Of a stretch of 64,000 nucleotides of DNA, positions 58,879 through 64,000 are shown piece by piece. The stretch is from a virus: the IMG/VR virus record IMGVR_UViG_3300045988_167796, positions 68,032 to 132,031 of that record; one strand, 5' to 3'. Every line of letters starts with the position of its first letter. Position 1 is the first letter of the stretch. Below the pieces are notes generated by a model. The model did not search any database. It was given only the letters and a program-made list of their open reading frames with translations, and was not told where the DNA came from. The translations under genes were made by a program, and so were the position numbers.

Positions 58879-59193
58879 TCATTTCAATTCTCTATTTAAC
58901 CAGTCTTGATATAATTCTTTAGTTTCTTCTCTTAAGAAAATATAAACATTAATATCGTTACCATTATCATCAATACTAGGATATATATCTATTGGAAATA
59001 CCCTATGTTTTATATATAAATCTCGTTGTTTCGGATTAATAATTCTACATACTTCATTAGTCGTATATGGTCTATATTGCAAATTCGGTTTAATCAAATC
59101 AGACTCATTTTTCATCCTTTTTCTCCTTGAGTAAAAAAAGGGTATAGCTCGAATAGTGAACCATACCCCCTTTATTATTTTATTAATCACCAT
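58879..59193 (-). CDS. hypothetical basic protein
   Basis: ORF track. Confidence 0.35.
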   Translation of the reverse strand: MVINKIIKGVWFTIRAIPFFYSRRKRMKNESDLIKPNLQYRPYTTNEVCRIINPKQRDLYIKHRVFPIDIYPSIDDNGNDINVYIFLREETKELYQDWLNRELK

Positions 59194-59200
59194 TCAAATA

Positions 59201-59554
59201 CTATTTTTTCTTGTTACTATATTTCATGCGTTTTGGACGATTCGCTGTTTCTAAAGATACATCATTAATATATTCTTTTTCTTCTTCGTCCTGTTTTAAT
59301 ATATCATCTAAAATATCAATAACACTTTGATGATATTGTTTTTTATCAGAAAGATCGCATTTTGACAATCTCTCTATTGCTTGTTCTTTTGTAATTTCTC
59401 CTGCTTTGTAATTTGTGGCAGTCATAAATATCTCTCTGCAATTATTCGAGCAGTAAAGTGCCATCCATCTTGGGAGATGATCAAATTCTTCGCATCGATT
59501 ACAAAATGTGTATAGATTTTTACACAAAATACATGTCTTATTATCACGTAACAT
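59201..59554 (-). CDS. Cys-rich zinc-finger protein (possible late regulator)
   Basis: CxxC...CxxC...CxxxC pattern. Confidence 0.4.
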   Translation of the reverse strand: MLRDNKTCILCKNLYTFCNRCEEFDHLPRWMALYCSNNCREIFMTATNYKAGEITKEQAIERLSKCDLSDKKQYHQSVIDILDDILKQDEEEKEYINDVSLETANRPKRMKYSNKKK

Positions 59555-59624
59555 ATGACTACCTCCGCTTTACTTAATTAAAATTAGCTAATACGCTTTG
59601 ATACGTATTAGCCATGAAAATAAA

Positions 59625-60404
59625 TTATTCTTCGTCTTCTTCAGCCATATAGATGTGATACAAAGCTTTATCAGCTGAGCAGTAATCCACCTGAAGAGAA
59701 CCACTGTAAGCCTGCTGTGCATCAGTTGTAAGACTAATTTCAACTTCCGGAGATACCTGGAAGGAAGGCAGAACAATATAGCATGCTCTCAGAGTATCTG
59801 CAGAACACGGATCTACAGCCAGAGCCTTCAGAGTAAGTTTTACAGTTGATGGGAATTTATCTGCTTTATTAGAAATTGCAACGCCAGATTTAACAGTTCT
59901 ATCGTATTTAACGATAAACTGTGCAGATGCTTCATCTGTAGGAAGGGACAGTTTCCCTTCTTCTGTAATTGCAAAATCTGTTTCTGTTGCAGATACACCT
60001 TTCTTATAAGATGTTCCCATAGCACCATTTGTACCAAGTGCGCTTACTTCAACAGTACCATCAACATAGTCTGTCAGAGTAACTTCTTCACCCTTTTTAA
60101 CAACGATAATTTTCGGCATCTGAATGGGCGCCTCATTTGTTGCAACAATTTTACCTTCGCCGGATGCAGCTCCAATAACATTCAGGTTAATCATAGCGTT
60201 ATTAGCTGTGAATTCACCTGATTTACCTTGCCAGAAACGTTTGATCAGAGTACCTGTGTTGTCAACAGCGTCTTTGGAATCAGCAGAAATACTAATTGTA
60301 GCATCCGCAAGCTGAGTAAGAACATACAGCGGATTACCATTAAAATCTTCTGCAAAACCATACTGAACACGGTCAATAATAATATCATCTAATTTAAATG
60401 CCAT
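59625..60404 (-). CDS. putative major tail (tube) protein
   Basis: A/G/T/V-rich beta-type composition, size; guess only. Confidence 0.35.
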   Translation of the reverse strand: MAFKLDDIIIDRVQYGFAEDFNGNPLYVLTQLADATISISADSKDAVDNTGTLIKRFWQGKSGEFTANNAMINLNVIGAASGEGKIVATNEAPIQMPKIIVVKKGEEVTLTDYVDGTVEVSALGTNGAMGTSYKKGVSATETDFAITEEGKLSLPTDEASAQFIVKYDRTVKSGVAISNKADKFPSTVKLTLKALAVDPCSADTLRACYIVLPSFQVSPEVEISLTTDAQQAYSGSLQVDYCSADKALYHIYMAEEDEE

Positions 60405-60484
60405 GTTTATTTTCCTCCTTTTATAATGAATTGAGTTATATTAAACTAACTTCAATGTAAAAAAAATAACTAAGCCATAACGAC

Positions 60485-61249
60485 TTAGCGCGATATTTCT
60501 CTCATGAAGTTAAGTTCTTCCTTATTTATAATTTTCGTTACATCTACAAAACCGCTATAAATTCCTTTGAGCAGAGCGGTAGAAGATTCATATACTTGCA
60601 ATCTTTTAACGCTATCCATAAACTCTACAATACCTACATTTCGTAATTCATTTTTCTTATATTTAAATCCGGGATGATTCAGACATGAAGATATAAGAGG
60701 TAATAGAGTTGATTGATACGGATCATTCTTATGCAATTCGTATTTTTCTTCATCTTCTTCAATTATCCATTCTTTTGTAGATTTTCCCTTTGCTTTTTCT
60801 GTCTTCGGGAAATAATTGAACATAAATCTTATATAATTTGAAATTTGATAATGTATGTTTTCATCAATTAAAACATCTTGTTCTTCGTTATATAAATAAT
60901 AATATGGGTTCCCATTGTCTAACGTGTAACTGTCAAGTTTGAATAATTGGAAATTTAAGTCACCGAATAGCAACTCTGTAGATGACATATCTAATTGATC
61001 ATATAATATACAAAAAAGTTGAAAGTCGTTTATTTTATTCCAGTCAATGTTTTGCTTCCATAATGGCAAACGATACATTGTAGGATTAGCTACAAATATA
61101 TTCACACCAGAATAAACTGTTTGTTCGCCTCGATCTATAATATCACCAATAGATGGTTGGTATATAGTTATATCATTTCCTGCGTCTGTATTAATAACAT
61201 GTGGAACTCCAAAGTATAATTGCAAAATATCAAATTCTGAATCTGTCAT
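60485..61249 (-). CDS. hypothetical structural-module protein
   Basis: ORF track, translationally coupled neighbours. Confidence 0.4.
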   Translation of the reverse strand: MTDSEFDILQLYFGVPHVINTDAGNDITIYQPSIGDIIDRGEQTVYSGVNIFVANPTMYRLPLWKQNIDWNKINDFQLFCILYDQLDMSSTELLFGDLNFQLFKLDSYTLDNGNPYYYLYNEEQDVLIDENIHYQISNYIRFMFNYFPKTEKAKGKSTKEWIIEEDEEKYELHKNDPYQSTLLPLISSCLNHPGFKYKKNELRNVGIVEFMDSVKRLQVYESSTALLKGIYSGFVDVTKIINKEELNFMREISR

Positions 61250-61838
61250 ATTTGTTATTCATACCTGAATGTGAACTATTTGGAGATTCCGCTTTAAATT
61301 TTAATGTTCTACAATAATATCTTGAATCGATAATATCTGGCATATCATAAAAGCATTTTAAATGCGGACCTAATGCATTTGACCAATTTAGTATATCCTT
61401 AACAAGACAACTTAATAAATCAGTTCTTACTATATCATATTCTGTTTCCATATCATCTTCATGGACAAGACACATCACGATTAATATTTGATTTTTTATA
61501 GAATCGTTATAATATAGTAGATCGTCATCAGCAATGTCAAACATTAAAAAATTTAACACTTCTTTATTAATACCATTCAGTTTTAAGTACGGGATGATTT
61601 GAGGTCTTTCAATTTTTTGATTATACTCAATAATTTCATTTCTTTTTACTAATTCTTCTTTTGTTGGATGATTTGGATCATTATATTTATTTAATGGTCG
61701 TTTGTTTTTTCTACCAAGTATTTCTATAATATCTGGATCTTCGCTAAACATCTTTTCTAACTTTTCTTTCTTAATAATAATATCGCTATTTCCTTTATTC
61801 TCAAGATCTCTCTTTATACTTTCTATATCTCTTGTCAT
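61230..61838 (-). CDS. hypothetical structural-module protein
   Basis: overlapping start/stop with neighbours. Confidence 0.4.
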   Translation of the reverse strand: MTRDIESIKRDLENKGNSDIIIKKEKLEKMFSEDPDIIEILGRKNKRPLNKYNDPNHPTKEELVKRNEIIEYNQKIERPQIIPYLKLNGINKEVLNFLMFDIADDDLLYYNDSIKNQILIVMCLVHEDDMETEYDIVRTDLLSCLVKDILNWSNALGPHLKCFYDMPDIIDSRYYCRTLKFKAESPNSSHSGMNNKYDRFRI

Positions 61839-63028
61839 TCAAACACCTCCAAATCAATAGAGGATGCATAATTTCCATAAGGATCGCTTACTGATAATAC
61901 AAAATGTTTTTTTATTAAACTTTTCGCTTTACCTGGTTTTATAGAGATAATACGATCATCAATAATATCCATTTTAATCAATCCTTCATAATATAATCTA
62001 TCTTTATCATTGCATCCAATTTCGTTTAGCTGTATATGCCATTCTGGATTAATTGATTGATCTGTATCAGAAAAAGAAACTTGATAATAAGATGTTGTGC
62101 CAAGTTTAATAGAAGTGTCAACATAGTTTAACTCTTCTAATTCGTTATTATTATTTACTATAAGAGATGAAATAGTGCTTGTTTTATTTAAGAGATTATT
62201 TTGTATTTCATTCAATTTAGATTCTCCTGAATCTAAAAAGTAATCACATATTCTCAAGTCTACATTATCTCTATCATGATTTAATTCGTCTTGTTTTAAA
62301 GATAATTTAATCAATCCTTTTGGAACTATATCTATAACCTTTGTTACTTGATACACTTTTGGATCTATCATATTATTTGTTAACATAAAACGCATATCAT
62401 ATGTAATTGTTCTATTATCATATAAATTTAAATCCGATGCATACTTTCCGTATACATAAGTAATATCCGGGAGCCAAGCAGCCATAAGATTGTCCAAGCT
62501 TGCAGATATTTCGTCCACCCACTTGCCAGAGGTATAAGAATTAGCACTTCTTACACAGCCCCAACATTTATATACTTCTCCTTTATACATCCATTTAAAA
62601 TTCCAATTACATTGTAAAATATTATACCTGACAAACATATTTGAATTATCACGACCAGTTATCATCCAAAGCTGATCTATATATTCATCAGGCATTGCAA
62701 AAGGATTATTTAAATACTTTTTTGGAATATTTATATCATCATCTGTATCATCTGGCACAAAAACATAACTCCCTATTGGATAATGTACTTTTGGCCTAAA
62801 TTGCAGATAGTAATCCACTGCATCTTTTAAAATAGATGGCGTAGTATGAATTTGATATTTTGCATCTTCATATTTCCATCCATCTTTTGTTAAAATATAC
62901 ACTTTTTTATAATTAGGATCACCGGTAAAAGTATCATTAATAATGTTATAAGATTGTTTTTTTCTTATTTCAGATAGATTTCTACCGTGTGACGACAAAT
63001 CATTTTTACACATGTCTAATGTAATCAT
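61835..63028 (-). CDS. hypothetical 397-aa protein
   Basis: ORF track. Confidence 0.4.
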   Translation of the reverse strand: MITLDMCKNDLSSHGRNLSEIRKKQSYNIINDTFTGDPNYKKVYILTKDGWKYEDAKYQIHTTPSILKDAVDYYLQFRPKVHYPIGSYVFVPDDTDDDINIPKKYLNNPFAMPDEYIDQLWMITGRDNSNMFVRYNILQCNWNFKWMYKGEVYKCWGCVRSANSYTSGKWVDEISASLDNLMAAWLPDITYVYGKYASDLNLYDNRTITYDMRFMLTNNMIDPKVYQVTKVIDIVPKGLIKLSLKQDELNHDRDNVDLRICDYFLDSGESKLNEIQNNLLNKTSTISSLIVNNNNELEELNYVDTSIKLGTTSYYQVSFSDTDQSINPEWHIQLNEIGCNDKDRLYYEGLIKMDIIDDRIISIKPGKAKSLIKKHFVLSVSDPYGNYASSIDLEVFE

Positions 63029-63042
63029 AGAAATCCACCTCT

Positions 63043-63366
63043 TTATCTTATTTCATCTACCAGTGAATGTGCATCTAATATTAATTTTCTATACGCCTTA
63101 TAATCAAAATTTTCTTTTCTCGTTTCTATTAATGCTGCCTGAAGTAAACTCATAATAGATATAATTTCTATAGGGTATAGTAAAATTTCATTTAATCCAT
63201 CAATTTTTTTCATTAAATTAACAAAGTATTTTTCAAAATCAATATCTTTATATTTGTTTTGAGTATTTGGATCTTTATATAAAAGTAGCCAAAACATTTC
63301 TTTATGTAGCTGAATTTTGTATTGTTCAAATTGTTCATCGTTATAATTCCCGTATAATGTTTTCAT
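63043..63366 (-). CDS. hypothetical protein
   Basis: ORF track. Confidence 0.35.
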   Translation of the reverse strand: MKTLYGNYNDEQFEQYKIQLHKEMFWLLLYKDPNTQNKYKDIDFEKYFVNLMKKIDGLNEILLYPIEIISIMSLLQAALIETRKENFDYKAYRKLILDAHSLVDEIR

Positions 63367-63830
63367 GAATTATTACCATCCAAATAAGTATTCCATATGT
63401 ATCCACGATCTCTAATCATAGACCTTTGATCTCTGACAAGTTGTTTTTTTATATCTTGTAATGTTTTTAAATGTCCGGACTGGCTATAAAACTTTTCTTC
63501 CTTAGAACCATATACTTGTACGATATTTGTAAGACTATATATTTTTGGTTGTATCCATTCAATCAACATTCCTATTCCTAAAATATCCAAAATAAAATCT
63601 TTGTCATAATCAGGATCAATAGAATACTTTAATTCATATTTAACATACTGTATTTCGTCATCTGTTGTTAACATAGAGAATAATCTATGAACATGTGGTT
63701 TACTTAATGCGGCATGTAACCATCCACATAAAAATTCAGCAATATTATTATTCGTTAATTCTAATAAATCGTATGTTTTTGCTTTTAAATAAAGACTTGA
63801 ATATATTTCATCGTATTTTAATGAGGCCAT
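63363..63830 (-). CDS. hypothetical protein
   Basis: ORF track. Confidence 0.35.
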   Translation of the reverse strand: MASLKYDEIYSSLYLKAKTYDLLELTNNNIAEFLCGWLHAALSKPHVHRLFSMLTTDDEIQYVKYELKYSIDPDYDKDFILDILGIGMLIEWIQPKIYSLTNIVQVYGSKEEKFYSQSGHLKTLQDIKKQLVRDQRSMIRDRGYIWNTYLDGNNS

Positions 63831-63846
63831 TAACTACCTCCAGTCT

Positions 63847-64000
63847 TTATTCGCCAAAAAGACCTGTCATCATCATCATTTCGGTATCATAGATTTTGTC
63901 AAGACACTTAATCTTTTGCACGCTATCAAGAGTACCATTACTGATCATTTTTGACGCAAGATGTTTAATAGAATCTCTTGCTCCTTCTGGAAGAGCTAAT
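63847..64000 (-). CDS. 3' end of a gene continuing beyond the window
   Basis: open minus-strand frame to window edge ending ...MMMMTGLFGE*. Confidence 0.35.
   Translation of the reverse strand, partial: LALPEGARDSIKHLASKMISNGTLDSVQKIKCLDKIYDTEMMMMTGLFGE

Overview
The window reads as one contiguous low-GC (Firmicutes/Clostridia-like codon usage) temperate siphovirus-type phage genome segment, with no host genes visible. There is no evidence of a host junction, so it is probably an excised or circularly assembled phage rather than an integrated prophage end.

Layout:
- Plus strand, 100-4871: an early block of ORFans plus a clear dUTPase, ended by a terminator.
- 4941-6149: a tyrosine integrase, followed immediately by an attP-like region (6144-6375). 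This consists of a 3' tRNA fragment on the minus strand flanked by symmetric arrays of short direct repeats.
- 6400-11700: small accessory genes under consensus sigma-70 promoters. They share a recurring GAACAAAYGTTC operator-like motif with the att arms. This block also holds a BlaR1/MecR1-like M56 membrane metalloprotease.
- Minus strand: the lysis cassette (GH25 + NlpC/P60 + PG-binding endolysin, plus a single-TM candidate holin) and then about 50 kb of late genes.
- Late genes: two paralogous tail fibers; a 2371-aa LRR/LamG receptor-binding giant; a tail spike combining a pectate-lyase beta-helix with an SGNH/GDSL esterase; a Tal with a peptidase-S74 intramolecular chaperone domain; Dit; and an extraordinarily long tape-measure (TMP) locus (38341-56131).
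- Further upstream: a RusA resolvase island with an antisense small TM peptide, a putative major tail protein, and head-proximal hypotheticals.

The most unusual feature is that the TMP reading frame is broken into three segments by two intervening sequences. The first (about 49390-50902) looks like a group I intron carrying a homing-endonuclease ORF. The second (about 46640-48950) carries its own promoter, RBSs, terminator and opposite-strand cargo genes (a triple zinc-ribbon protein and an HExxH protein) inserted in the middle of the TMP.

All functional calls are from motif recognition by eye; no searches were run.
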